Below, in pieces: positions 30,271-43,715 of a stretch of 64,000 nucleotides of DNA (the first letter of the stretch is position 1; each line of letters begins with the position of its first letter). The notes under the pieces are model-generated. The model saw nothing but the letters and a program-made list of their open reading frames with translations. It was not told the DNA's origin and searched no databases. This DNA comes from the human T2T-CHM13v2.0 reference genome, Homo sapiens. The stretch lies in NCBI RefSeq assembly GCF_009914755.1, contig NC_060930.1, one strand, 5' to 3'. Both the position numbers and the translations under genes were made by a program.

Positions 30271-31646
30271 TGGAAATATCATTTGTGAAAGTGCATTAGA
30301 AAAGGTGAAAAGCATCACCAAAAACAAGCTCTATAAATATGTGGCAGATTGGGAGATGTTATTTGCAACACATATAATAGAAAAAAAATAGTATCTATAC
30401 TATATTTTTTAAAAATCCAAGATAGCAATAAGAGAAAGATCAGCAACACAATAGAAGAAATGGGTAATGGACAATAATAGGAAATTTACAGCAGAGGGAA
30501 TCTGAATGGTCAATGACGTTGGGCAGTTAATTGACTTCAGTGTCTAGTTTTCCTATATATTGTATAATGAGCTAAGACAAGTTAGCTGCTTGAAACAGCA
30601 GATAGCATAGGAAGTGCTACACAAATGCTAGCAAGTATCATTATCGGTGGTAATCAGAGAAATAGAACTTAAAAATACCACTTTTCATCCTTCAGATTGG
30701 TGAACAAGTTTAAGTCTGAAAACAGAAAACATTAAGGATATGGAAAAAATGTCTATTATACAATGCTGGTGTGATGATTCAGTGGAACAGTGCCTTCAGA
30801 GAACAATGAGGTAGTATCTAGTAAAACTGTGTATGTGCCCAGCCTACGATCAAACAATTCCACTTTTGAGTATATGTAACCTAAGGCAACCCTTCCAAAA
30901 CCTCCTTGACTAAAAGGACACCTGGAATGGTGGTGAAACACGCAGATGCCTGCAGACCCCTAGACTCCCTGACTCAGATGCTCCCAGGAAAAGGCCTGGG
31001 AATCTGAATATTTAACCAGTCCTACAATACTACAGGTGATTCTTATTATCAGACAAATTTTGGAAACACTGAAGTAAAGAAATTGTTGGCCCTTAATTCA
31101 AGACTTGTAAAAGGAGGCTAAATACAGCATTCTTAGCAAAAATAAAATGATGGAAACAACCTAATGTGTATTAATAGATGAATTAGTTAATAAAATGTGA
31201 TGTATACGTATAATGGAATAGTCATAGTGGTTTAGAGCCATAGCTCTATATGTCAATATGAATGGGTTATTTTAAAAACTGGGTGAAAGAAACAAGATGC
31301 AGACCTATATATGGTACTGTTTCAGATTATAAGCACTGTGCGGTGCTCTTCAGCACATTTCAGAAACAATACAAACTGGTGGAAATATAAATTGGCATTA
31401 GCACATTGTAAAATGGTTTGGCAAGTCTTATTGAAGCTCATTATAATCATATCAGATTACCTAGCAATTCCACTCCTTGTTACGTACCCAATAGAAACAT
31501 ATGTGCACACCAAAACATATGCTCAAGAATGTTCATAGTAGCACTACTCATAATAAATGGAAACTTTGGAAATTGGGAAACATCCCAAATGTTCACCTAT
31601 GGAAGAATGGTTAAATAAATTGTAGTATGTTAATGTTATTGAATAC

Positions 31647-32008
31647 TGTTAAATTAAGTTTAGCCTAAAGCTGCCTCCTTACATATTTTAAGTTCAGGAT
31701 AAAAGTTTCTCCATACAAAGTGAACTGTAACCTGACTGGATGCATAAGCAGACTGTAACCTACTCTTGTACCAATCACTGAGTTTCAGGTGATCAAAGAT
31801 GGCCATCGGTTCAAACTGTGCTGTAACCAGCCCAGCAATTTCCATACCTCCCTTTCCTTTTTCTGTCCATAAATCCTCTCCGACCACACAGCAGGAATCA
31901 CTTTGAACCTATTCTGGTTGGGAGGTGGAGGGCTGCCCAGTTCTTCAATCTTTCTTTTCTCTATTCAACTTGGTTAAATATGATTTGTTTAAAGTTTTTC
32001 TTTTAACA
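31647..32008 (+). mobile_element. ERV1 solo LTR (MER57-like) inserted in old L1
   Basis: tgttaaattaagtttagcctaaagctgcc...cttttaaca; 4-bp TSD ATAC. Confidence 0.9.
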
Positions 32009-32899
32009 ATACAGCAATGAAAATGAATGAACTACAGCTATATTCAAAAGCATGTTTGAATTTCACTTAAGTGTTGAGCAAAAGAAGCCAGACACGAAAG
32101 ATTATATTACCCAGTATAGAATTCAAAATTAAGCAAAATTAACATACAAAGTTACAATATGAGGGTTGAGTGATGGTAATAATTCTGTTTTTTTTATATG
32201 GATGTTTGGTTCATAGATATGCTTACTGTATAGTTATTTACTGAGCTGTAACTTTTGAGTATGTATGCTTTTTACATACACATTTTGCTTCAATAAAAAG
32301 CAAAACACACATATAAATGTACTCTATATTTCACGGGTATGTATTACATGTAAAATATGGAAATGATCTTAAATTATACACACCAAACTCAACACACTCA
32401 TGGTATAATTGCATAGTTGGGGTGGTGTGAGGGACCAAGGTTGGTGAGATCAAGGATGAAGTGAACTTAAGCTACCTCTGTGATGCTTTCATTATTTAAA
32501 ATAGGGGGAAAAAAGGCTAGAAGCAAATATATTAAAAATTAAGTTGATATTTCTGGGTGATAGAAATATGCATAGGGTATTATACTATTCATTATTTTTA
32601 GAACTTAAAATGTTTTTAAAAAATAAGAAAACATTCTAAGGATCAAAATTTTAACATCAAAGAACTGCTAAATTTGAGAGAAATATTCATGTATTATAGA
32701 TGAGCCCTAAGAAAAAGAGGTAATTTTTCTGAGTTGTTTTAATAAGAGTAACATTTCTTTAAAATCTTCATGCAACAACTGAATTTGGAGAATAAAACGA
32801 AGCAGTCATGTTAGTTACACCCGTCACCCCTTCCACCCACTGCTACTAGATGCCACAAAAATTCCCTGGACATTCACAGTGTCATTTGTTCTATTGTTA

Positions 32900-33033
32900 G
32901 TAACAAAACTGAGAAAATCTTGTTTGCTTGCAGGGGCACAAATGTCAGCATCCACCCACTTCTGGCTAAGAGAGCCACAGAAACAGAGGCAGATTAAAAG
33001 GATATTGAATAAGATGAAGCTTAATCTTCTCAT
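32900..33033 (-). pseudogene. Exon remnant ~PKD1 exon 44
   Basis: ttcttcag| phase 0; MRRLSFI...FCGSLSQ ~ AQQLRFV...LCRALPE. Confidence 0.45.
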
Positions 33034-33039
33034 CTGAAG

Positions 33040-33287
33040 AACAAAACTAATATTTTACAAACAAGGTGGAAGCGTTGTGAGCCATCTGGGCCCCTCAAAC
33101 ATGGACTTTGGTAAAAGCCTGAGCTGGCCCTGGGCAAGTAGTGCACGAGGTGCCAGAGGCTAAGTGGAGCCGTCTGCAGCTTTGAACGAAGCTTGGCCAG
33201 GAGGATGCTCTGGCCAACACAATTGACTTCCTGGTCTCTGCATCGAGATAAAGCCATCCTCAAGGAAGAATGCCAAAAATAGGACAT
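33040..33287 (-). pseudogene. Exon remnant ~PKD1 exon 43 (TM7-TM9)
   Basis: ttctaag| acceptor; VLFLAFF~CLLLFAVHF; GPAQAFTKVHV*GAQMAHNASTL ~ GRPRRFTSFDQVAQLSSAARGL. Confidence 0.6.
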
Positions 33288-33964
33288 CTTAGAATACAAA
33301 GGAAACAAACATTGTTTTTTCCTGACATTGATCCTCTTGACGTGCGACGCCAAAAGATAACTTAGCCCCCTTAAGAGAACATCTCCCTCCCAATAGAAAG
33401 AAGGGGGAAAAAATGCAGTTCCATCTGTGAGCCATCTGATTTTCAGACTGAACAATTTCTGAGGCTCAGAGGCAGCTTTTTGACCATGGTCAAAAGCTAC
33501 CAAGCCGCTGGATTTCAGGCATCAGCACATTTTCCGGTGTCTCCAAACACCTCCAAGGCAGCTTTTCGTGTCAGTAATTTACAACCAATAACTAAGCTCT
33601 TACTTATTATTCTTTTCCTGTGTCTTTGCTTAGCAGTGAAAACTGTGTGTCTAGTTGTTTATTTCACCTGCCCAGACCTGATGGAGGGTGAAATAAAAGC
33701 AAACAGGCAGACTCAACCAGTGGATGAGCAGATTTGTGATCTGGCCCGGAAAATGTCCATTCTGAAGACAAAGTCCCAGCATAAGGGATGAAAAGTGCTA
33801 TGGTGGGTTGCTGCATGTTTGTTGCCTCATGCTTTGTCCAGGATTCTCTTCTTTCCCTTTGGTCTGGAAGTTGCTTTTTGCAGGCATCTTACAAGTAGAA
33901 AGAATGGTCTTCCAGGAGCTCCCTCCTAATGCTCTAAGGATTTGATTTCTTGCTCTCAGACAGT

Positions 33965-34141
33965 CATTTTCATGCACATTTTGCAAAACATGGAAATAGA
34001 TGCATCGGTCTGCTTCTGGAAGTGCTGCCCCTTGGGAGGGAGCTGGGAGGGACCTTCAGTCCTGTTCTCAGCATGGACTTTAGTTACATGCCTACATCTG
34101 TGGAACGCGTATCTATGACCCTCTTGTCTGTGTCCAGGCAG
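33965..34141 (-). pseudogene. Exon remnant ~PKD1 exon 42 (TOP domain)
   Basis: Long pyrimidine tract then ggccag| (phase 2); TRSTDVGM*...LKVPP...SRPMHL ~ TRYSPAVGLH...LEFPA...SVRPFAL. Confidence 0.65.
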
Positions 34142-34178
34142 CTGGCCAAGAGGGAGAGAGACTAAAGGACAAAAAAGA

Positions 34179-34227
34179 GGGAGGGAGGAAGAGGAAAGGG
34201 AGGGAGGAAGAGGAAAGGGAGGGAGGA
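34179..34227. repeat. 19-bp polypurine tandem repeat (gggagggaggaagaggaaa) x2.6
   Basis: Direct reading. Confidence 0.9.
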
Positions 34228-34654
34228 GGGGGCTGGGTGGATTGAGGAGCATGAAGTCCCTAGAGGTGAAGGAGAGGAAGACCAACAGCGTGTGTCTGTG
34301 ACTGGAATGCCAGGAACTAGTTTTCTCTGTGGCTGGAAAGTAGCCTTGAAGGCAATCCCTGGGGAAACGTTTGGTAAACTAAACTTCGAACTGGTGTTTT
34401 GGTTGGGGGGGAGTGTCATGACATTAGAGGAATGACTCCTCTTCAATCCTTGCGTCTCCTTGACAAGTAGAAAATATACAGCCCTGGCCAAGGTTACGGG
34501 TAGGAGGTTCGGTGCAGGAATTGTGTCAGGAATGAATAGACCCTTGATTCTGGGGCTTCGAGCTCAAAGGCCACACCACATGCCTTTGACTATAGTTCCA
34601 ACTGAAATCAAAATCTGAAGCCCCTTGACAATGGCGCATCCCAGTCAGGTGAAA

Positions 34655-34790
34655 GATCAAAAGTTGGTCTATTCTGTGTTTGACAAGAAGGCATAGCCAG
34701 GGATTGTGACAGGGAGGTCCCCAGAACGACCCACAGCTCTACCTCTGTTGCCTGAAGCACATTGACAGTGGAAAAAAAGTGGGCAGCTAG
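34655..34790 (-). pseudogene. Exon remnant ~PKD1 exon 41 (TOP domain)
   Basis: WVVLGTSLSQS...TQN ~ YVQELGLSLEES...LHN; boundaries approximate. Confidence 0.6.
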
Positions 34791-34890
34791 CACAGGCCCA
34801 ATAGAATTCTTCAAAGGTGCCTGTCCGAGTCAGTTCAAATCAGCCTTCCTGAATTCCCCGAGTCAATGTTGTAGGTGTCACACATATATA

Positions 34891-35393
34891 TGTAAAAAGA
34901 AAATAAAATTTCAGGACCTTCTGAATTTATTACACCAAAGGGAAAAATTAAGACCTGGAAACTGACTCAGGGAACACGGCTGTTTTCCTTCCCTGGTGCA
35001 TGGCCACCGTTGCTTTCTGACTTTTGTGCTGGGATGTTATACATTAACCAGACTCTATTCTTCATTCAAACCTGGGCTAAATGATGTGGACATGGAGACC
35101 CTTGTGATGATTACCTCTTTACAATAAAATGTTAAACAACCCTCTTAGAGTTTACAGTCAACAGTAGCCAATCAAATCTTATATTTGTATGTTAGCTTTT
35201 GTATGGAAAATGTGATTCTAGTCAGCACCTCCGTTTTGCCTACATAAATGGTCCTCATTTTACCCAATGTAGGGAACACTGATCACCTATTTCCAGTGTC
35301 ACTCCACTCCCCAGACAGCCACCTTCATACTTTGCCCTTGAATAAACTCTCTTTAAATTAGATTCTGACCCTTTTGATTAATTTAGGCTGACA
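34891..35393 (+). mobile_element. ERV1-class solo LTR (MER4-group)
   Basis: tgtaaaaagaaaataaaatttcaggacc...aataaactc...taggctgaca, TG...CA ends. Confidence 0.75.
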
Positions 35394-35630
35394 CATATGT
35401 CATTTAGGATGTGTGTGACTGGTTACTATCTAACACTTTAAAGTTGTATTCTGGATCTGGAGGGATAAATGGAAGCTGTTGCATCATAACCAGATCTCAC
35501 TCTCTACTCTTGCCAGTCTCGCCCATTGACCAGGCCCAGTGGGTATCAGTGAGCAAGGGAGCCCCCCAATGCAACCCATAAGAGTCAGTCCCAGAGGCAC
35601 AGAGCAGGGTGGACAAGAATGAGAATGCAC

Positions 35631-35774
35631 CTAGAAGAGCAAAGGAAGGTGACCCAGGGCACTGCCTCACTCTCAGTCCTAGGGGAGCCCCCGTTGGTGC
35701 CCCCGGAGGCAGAAAAGATCTCTGCTCTTAAGCTACAGAGCAGATGGACATGACATTTAGGCTAATCCCATGGC
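35631..35774 (-). pseudogene. Exon remnant ~PKD1 exon 40 (TOP domain)
   Basis: ttcag| acceptor and |gtgcat donor; HVH/CSVA~RVHTCSAA; ends ALLG~DLLG. Confidence 0.6.
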
Positions 35775-35818
35775 CTGAATGGAAGGCAGAACAAGCCCCA
35801 TCCACCCCATGACACCAC

Positions 35819-35950
35819 CTCCAGCCTGCACTGCCGTTCACAGGTGCCGGTGATGTCCCCAGCTGTTATCAGAGAAGGCCAGGGGACCCTCCATGAGTGT
35901 CTGAAGGATGTACAGTTCTGCCAGGTCCATAGCCCCTTGCAGCAGACTCC
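35819..35950 (-). pseudogene. Exon remnant ~PKD1 exon 39 (TOP domain)
   Basis: GLWTWQ...ERQCRLE in one frame ~ ELWPWM...LRQVRLQE; gag|gtggtg donor. Confidence 0.75.
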
Positions 35951-35984
35951 ATGCCAGGCATCCATGCCAGGCCCCCTGGGATTT

Positions 35985-36185
35985 CTACTAGGCAACATTC
36001 TCCAAAGCTTTTCTAAGGAAAATGTCCTTTGCCAACAAAGCAGTACCCGTGGCGCTATGTTCGTGCTGCACTAGCTTAGACGGTGTGTCACAGGACTGCC
36101 GCATGGCAGGGCCTCTCTCATGCTCCCTCCCACTCCCCTCTGTCTCTTGGCCCGAGTCCTCCTCCTGTTCCTCTCTTTATCCCTC
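35985..36185 (-). pseudogene. Exon remnant ~PKD1 exon 37
   Basis: RAKR...GSPVTHRLS*CSTNIAP/HGY/ALLAKD/LEKLWRML ~ VAKR...ESPAVTPVSARVPRVRPPHGFALFLAKEEARKVKRLHGML. Confidence 0.75.
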
Positions 36186-36847
36186 CTTCTCCCATTTTTG
36201 TTCATTACTGCCTCGCCTTCTCCCTCAGCTTCTCCCCTTCCAATTGTTTGCAAGAGATTTTGAAAGGGTGGGGAGTAAGAAACAGGCAAAGATCGGGCAA
36301 GATTGTAGAGTGGAGAGAGGGAGGAAGGACCTGGAGCTTCTGCTGAGCTGTCTTTGTGTTCTCTTGCTTTCAATAAATGACCTCATTTCCCAGGGCGTCT
36401 GTTTATGAGAATTCTTCATGACACTCTATACCACAGTTCTCCATGATTCCATGACCAGAAGCCAGTCCACGAGCTTTCTAATAAAGCTCACCACTCCTGA
36501 GCCACCTGCTGCCTTGGAAAATTCTTCTCAAGTGACTGTACCTGTTCGTTGTACACGTCTGGAAGAGTGGGCTGGGAAGGAGGGTTGCGAAGGAAAGTAA
36601 AGTTAAACTGCATGCCCCTTCCCTTCCCTTCCTGCCCTGGGCTGACCAGGCTCCCCGGTGAAGCCACACACTACTGGACACATCTCCCAAAACCAGGCCC
36701 TGTTACCCAGGCCTGGTGTCCTCTGATGTGACTTGTTCCCAGGGCCTCTTTTTTTCCCACTGCATATGGCCCATTCCCCAAAAGGCTGGCCTTTGACCTC
36801 TAACCTGTCCACAGATTGGTGTTTTCAATCTCTAAATCCCTTTTAAC

Positions 36848-37045
36848 TCTCGCATTCTCTGAATCAAAAGTAACAGTTAAGGGTGTGATTTGCCTGCCTG
36901 CACATAATCGCCCCAGGGCCTTCTTTACCAAATGTGCATTTGTCACATGGGCATTTTGTTGTTTAACCCAGATAAGTGATTCTGATAGTGCTTCCTGCAA
37001 GCCAGACGGGCAGAAGCTAGCGCAGGTAAGAAGCAAGTGTGTTAG
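36848..37045 (-). pseudogene. Exon remnant ~PKD1 exon 36 (TM4-TM5)
   Basis: LR*LLPVWLA (37025-36996) ~ LRKRLLPAWCA; remainder strongly decayed. Confidence 0.65.
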
Positions 37046-37157
37046 GGTAGGTGAAACCTTTCAGTGGGATGTCCTGGGCACCATACCCACCATCCTGTAC
37101 AGCCACAGTACCCCATAGGGGCCGAGGTGGGCTCTGTACTCCTTCCTGGAGCCTAAT

Positions 37158-37458
37158 TAATATATATATTTTTTGAGACGGAGTTTTGCTTCTGTTGCCC
37201 AGGCCAGAGTGCCATGGCACCATCGCTGCTTGCTGCAACCTCCGCCTCCCGGTTCAAGTGATTCTCCTGCCTCAGTCTCCCAAGTAGCTGGGATTACAGG
37301 TGTCCATCACCACGCCCGGCTAATTTTTTGTATTTTTAGTAGAGACGGGGTTTCACCATGTTGGCCAGGCTGGTCTGAAACCCCTGACCTCAGGTGATCC
37401 ACCCACCTCGGCCACCCAAAGTGCTGGGATTACAGGTGTGAGCCACCGAGCCCAGCCC
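37158..37458 (-). mobile_element. Alu (AluS)
   Basis: Reverse Alu dimer. Confidence 0.95.
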
Positions 37459-37874
37459 TAATTGATATTAATGACAGCTTCTAATTCGTAAGAATGAGCA
37501 ATTCAACCAAAGGGCCTCTCAATGGCCTTTAAGGCAAGAAATCTGTCACTCAGCGTCCTCAAGGCAAGAAATTGTTCTTTCTTATTTTTCCTGGTATATC
37601 AGTGTGTCCCATGGAGGACAATCCTTGAGATTTTTCTGAAGCTAGAGCAAAATTGCTCCCCAAAAAGTTGCAACCAGATTCTGCTTTTAACGTTAAGGCT
37701 TGGTTTTACTTCAGAATGTCCCTTTTATGGGAAAAGCCGCTTGACAGGGCCATTTTAGTTTATTAAGTCAATTGTTCAACAATTACTGAGCATTGATTAA
37801 ATGTCAAAACTATCCTCATTTCTAGGCTTATCACAAAGCAGAGTCCCTGTGATCCCAAAGCTTGCAATAAGTGA

Positions 37875-38210
<336 letters not shown>

Positions 38211-38249
38211 TAGGTTTGATGCTCGTGATGTGTATTATAGGTCCCGACG

Positions 38250-38341
38250 ACCACATGAGTGGTGCTTTGAAGTCACTTTCTCTATTTCTCTTCCATTGTC
38301 TTCAAGCCTTCCAGAAAGTCTTGTTAAGTTTTCATCCAGAT
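38250..38341 (-). pseudogene. Possible exon remnant ~PKD1 exon 34
   Basis: ctaag| then DLDENLTRLSGRLEDNG; weak similarity to DEDLIQQ; right position in the exon order. Confidence 0.3.
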
Positions 38342-38645
38342 CTTAGCTGTTCAGTGAGGAATTAGGGAAGGACCTGCTTTGGAAGGAATGACAAGAGAGA
38401 GGTGTATGAACTCTCTAAAGCCACAGTGGGAGAACCAGCAGTGGGTACCCACGGAGGTCAACAAGTCCAAAGGCCACAGAAGTCACCCACTCAGAGACAG
38501 CAGGGCACATTGACAAGGCCAGGAAAGAAAACGGAAAGGGAAGTAGCCTCGGAAGAATGCACAGTCAGGGGGACTGTGGGGAGGGTGGTAAACAGTGGCC
38601 CATGCTGGGCGCTAAGGCCACCCCTCTGTCTATAAAAGGGGATAT

Positions 38646-39003
<358 letters not shown>

Positions 39004-39224
39004 TTAGGTGACCAATGTGTGACTGGCTTTAGATGCCTCTTCCCCACTTCTCCCACTTTCATGGACCCCCAGGACCAACAGTTACCTGACATGAGAGCCC
39101 CTTCTGCTTGTTTTTAGGACCTGAGACAAAGGGAGTTTTATAAGAATTGAGAATAGCAAGGAGCTTTTAGATATGGTTGAGGATGCTTTAGAACTCTTCA
39201 AAATCTAATCTTTTATCTATTAAT

Positions 39225-40268
39225 TTTTTAAAATAGACTTGTTTTAAAGAGCAGTTTTAGGATCACAGCAAAATTAAGTGGAAAGTAGAGAAAATTCCCA
39301 TATCCCCCTCCCCCTGTACATGCACAGCCCCTAAGATCAGCAGCTCCCACCAGAGAGGTCCATCTGTTACAATCAGTGAACCTGCGTTGACATACCATAA
39401 TCACCCAAAGTCCAGAGTTAACATTAGGGTTCACTTTTGGCATCATGCATTTGATGGGTGTGGCCAAATGTCTACTAACATGCATCCACCATTGTAGCAT
39501 CATACAGAATGGTTTCACTGCCCTAAAATCCCTGGTGCTCCTCCTATTCATCCTTCCCTCCCCACTAACCCCTGCCAACCACTGATCTTTTTACTGTCTC
39601 CATTGCTTTGCCTTTCTCAGAAGGTCATATAGTGGGAATCATTCAGCACATATCCTTTCCAGAATGGCTTCTTTCACTTGGTAATATGCATTTAAGGTTC
39701 TTCCACATCTTTTGATGACTTGGTAGCTTATTTCTGTTTAACTCCGATTAATATTCCATTGTCTGGATATATCAAGTTTGTTTATTCATTCACCTACTGA
39801 AGGACATTTTGGTTGCTTCCAAGTTTTGGCAATTGTGAATAAAGCTGCTATAAACATCCGTGTAAAGGCTTTTGTGTGGACATAAGTTTTCAGTTCATTT
39901 GGGTAAATATCATGGAGTGTGATTGCTGGACCATATGGTAAGAATATGTTGTTTACTTTTGTAAGAAATGCCAAACTGTCTTCCAAAATGTCTATAACAT
40001 TTTGCGTTCCCACCAGTGAATGAGATTTCCTGTTGCTCTACATCCTTACCAGCATTTGATGTTGTCAGTGTTTTGAATTTTGGCCATTCTGTTGGGTGTG
40101 CAGTGGTATCTCATTGTTTTAATTTGTAATTCCCTAACGATGTCATGTGGAACACCTTTTCATATGCTTATTTGCCATCTGTATATTCTCTTTGGTGAGG
40201 TATTTTGACCTGTTTCTTAATTGAATGGTAGTTTTCTTATTGTTGAATTTTAAGAGTTTTTTTTTCTT
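39225..40268 (-). mobile_element. L1M (L1MB-like) 3' end
   Basis: Reverse L1 ORF2 end MFIAALFTIAKTWKQPKCPS and 3' UTR. Confidence 0.9.
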
Positions 40269-42885
40269 CAGGTATATGGTATTTTATTGTGCTTTGCTTT
40301 ATTGTGCTTCACAGATACTGCATTTTTTACAAATAGAAGGCTTGTGGCCACACTTCTTTGAGCAAGTCTATTGGTGCCATTTCTCCAACAGCATGTGCTC
40401 ACTTCTTGTCTCTGTGTCACATTTCGGTAATCTTCACAATATTTCAAAAAAATTATTATTATTTTATTTGTGATGGTGACCTGTATCAGTAGTATCAGTG
40501 ATCTTTGATGTTACTATTATAATTTTGGGGGAACACCATGAACTGCACCCATATAAGATGATGAACTTTATCAATAAATGTGTATGTTCTGACCACCCCA
40601 CTGACCATCATTCCCCATCTCTCCCTCTCTCCAGACCTCCCTATTCCCTGAGACATAACACTATTGAAATTAGGCCAATTAATAACCCTACAAAGGCCTC
40701 TAAGCGTTCAAATGAAAGGAAGAGTCACATCTCTCACTTTGAACCAAAAGCTAGAAATTGGTACACTTAGTGAAGAAGGCATGTCAAAAGCTGAGATAGG
40801 CAAAAAGCTAGGCTTCCTGCACCAAACACGTAGCCAAGTTTTGAATTCAAAGGAAAAGTTTTTGAAGGAAAAGTTTTTGAAGTTTTGAAGGAAATTAGAA
40901 GTGCTACTCCAATAAACACATGGATTATAAGAAAGCCAAACAGGCTTCTTGGTGATTTGGAGAAATGTAAGTGGTCTAGATGTAAGATCAAGGCAGCCAC
41001 AAAGCCACAACATTCCCTTAAGGCGAAAGCCTAATCCAGAGCAAGGCCGGAACTCTCTTCAATTATATGAAAGCTGAGAGAGGTGAGGAAGCTGTAGAGG
41101 AAAATTTTGAAGCTAGCAGAGGTGGGTTCATGAGGTTTAAGGAAACAAGCCGTCTCCATAACATAAAACTGCAAGGTGAAGTAACAAGTGCTGATACAGA
41201 AGCTGCAAGTTATCCAGAAGATCTAGCTCAGATCACTGATGAAGGTGGCTACACTAAACAACAGATTTTCACTGTGATAAAACAGCCTTCTGTTGGAAGA
41301 AAATGCTATCTAGGACTTTCATAGATAGGAGAAGTCAATGCCTGGCTTCAAAGCTTCAAAGGACATGACTCTCTAGTTAGGGGCTAATGTAGCTGGTGAC
41401 TAAGTTGAAGCCAGTGTTCATTTACCATTCTGAAAATCCCAGGGCTCTTAAGAATTATGCTAAATTGACTCTGCCTGTGTTCTATAAATGGAACACAGCC
41501 TGGATGACAGCATATCTCTTTTTTTTGTTTTTGTTTTTTTTTTTTGAGACAGAGTCTCACTCTGTCACCCAGGCTGGAGTGCAGTGACGCAATCTTGGCT
41601 CACTGCAATCTCTGCCTCCTGGGTTCAAGCGATTCTCTTGCCGCAACCTACCAAGTAGCTAGGACTACAGGCACCCACAACCACACCCAGCTAATTTTTG
41701 CATTTCTAGTAGAGACGAGGTTTCACTGTGTTGGCCAGGCTGGTCTAGAACTCCTGATCTCAAGTAAGCCGCCCACCTTGGCCTCCCAAAGTACTGGGAT
41801 TAAAGGCGTGAGCCACCGTGCCCAGCCAGCACATCTCTTTATGGCATGATTTACTGAATATTTTTAAGGTCACATTCATTCAGTAGCCCTTAGATTAAGG
41901 AGTAATTTTGACTTTCAAGTCTTATTATTTAAGAAATACAGTTTGTAAGGCTATAGCTGCCATAGGTAGTGATTCCTCTGATGGATCTGGACGAACTAAA
42001 TTGAAAGCTTTCTGGAAAGGAGTTACCATTCTAGATACCATTAAGAACATTTGTGATTCATAGGAGGAAGATAAAATATCAATATCATTAAGAGGAGTTT
42101 GGAAGAAGTTGGTTCCAACCCTCATGGATGACTTTGAGGGGCTCAAGACTTCGGTGAAGGAAGTAACTGCAGATATGGTAGAAATAACGAGAGAACTAGA
42201 ATTAGAACTGGCGCCTGAAGATATGACTGAATTGCTGCAGTCTCATGGTCAAACTTGAACAGATGAGAAGTTGCTTCTTATGGATAAGCAAAGAAAGTGG
42301 TTTCTTGAGATGGCACCTACTCCTGCTGAAGATGCTGTGAACACTATTGAAACGACAACAAAGGATATAGAATATTACATAAATTTAGTTGATACAGCAG
42401 CAGCAGATTTTGACAAGATTAACTCCAATTTTAAAAGAAATTACTCTGTGGGGAAAAGGCTATCAAACAGCATCACATAAAATAAACCTTTCATGAAAGA
42501 AAGGGTTAATTGATGCGGCAAACTTCATTGTTGTCTTATTTTAAGAAATTGCCACAGCAATCCCAATCTTCAGCAACCACCACCCTGATCAGTCAGCAGC
42601 CATCAATAACAAGGCAAGACCTTCCACCAGCTTAAAAATTATGACTTACTGAAGACTTTGATGATTGTTAGCATTTTTCAGCAATGAAGTGTTATTGATT
42701 AAGTTATGTGCCTTGTTTTTTTTTTTTAGACATGATGCTGTTGCACAATTAATAGACTACAATATAGTATAAACCACTTTTATATGCGCTGGAAAATCAA
42801 AATTTTGTATGCCTCACTTTGTTGCACTATTAACTTTATTGTAGTGGTCTGGAACTGAACCTGCAATATCTCCAAGGTATGCCTG
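40269..42885 (+). mobile_element. Near full-length Tigger1 DNA transposon
   Basis: TIR-like ends caggtata.../...aaggtatgcctg; transposase remnants [39 protein letters not shown]. Confidence 0.92.
41520..41828 (-). mobile_element. Alu inserted in Tigger1
   Basis: Reverse Alu, TSD CAGCA(T/C)ATCTCTT. Confidence 0.95.
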
Positions 42886-43369
42886 TGTATTCTGGATAAC
42901 AGTCATTCATCAGCCATGTCTTTTGTAAATATTTTCTCCTACTCTGTGGCCTTAGATCTTATTTTGGAAATTCCTTTAACTTACAGAAAGTAGTTGTTTT
43001 CACTTACAGAAGGAAAGGAGAGGATTACGCTTTTGAATTTGCATGATAAAGGGCTTAGAGAAGATTAATAATCATGATTAGTAATCATAATCCCAAAGGA
43101 GCTGGGTAGTCTGCAATAAGAGTTAAGGAAATTGTGTTTGTCCTATCCTAAACATTTTCAGGCAATTTCATTTTTTAAATTTTTTTATATATGACTATTT
43201 TTTAACATAACTACAGTATCATTATCAGACCTCCCAAACCCAAACATGTCCTCAATACCATCAATTTCTGTTCAATCTTTCCTGGTTGTCTCAAAACTGG
43301 CGTTTTATTTTTTCTTTTTCAAGAACATCTTGGTTATTCTAGGATATTTGCATTTTCATGTTTATTTTA

Positions 43370-43715
43370 TTTTTTTAAATATATTTGGGGGTGCACATGC
43401 ATTTTTGTTACATGGATATATTGTGTAGTGGTGAAGTCTGGCTTTTAGTGTAACCATCACCTGAATAGTGAACACTGTACCCAATAGGTAATTTCTCATC
43501 CCTCAGCACCCCTACCCTCCCACCTTTTGTACTCCAATGTCTATTATTCTACTCTGTATGCCCATGTATACACATTGTTCAGCTCCCACTTATAAGTGAG
43601 AACATGCGGTATTTGACTTTCTGTTTCTGAGCTGTTTCACTTAATATAATGGCCTCCAGTTCTATCCACGTTGCTGCAAAAGACATGATTCCATTCTTTT
43701 TTTCTGGCCTAGTAG
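43370..43715 (-). mobile_element. L1 (L1PB/L1MA) 3' end
   Basis: cagctcccacttataagtgagaacatgcgg reverse L1 3' motif. Confidence 0.85.

Noticed and set aside
36430-36640. Alternative exon-36 candidate (ACSLTLL...RWLRSG)
   Set aside because: LR*LLPVW at 37025 is a more specific match; this segment remains ambiguous.
40664-42480. Functional domesticated transposase (TIGD-like)
   Set aside because: Broken by stops, frameshifts and an Alu; ordinary Tigger1 relic.
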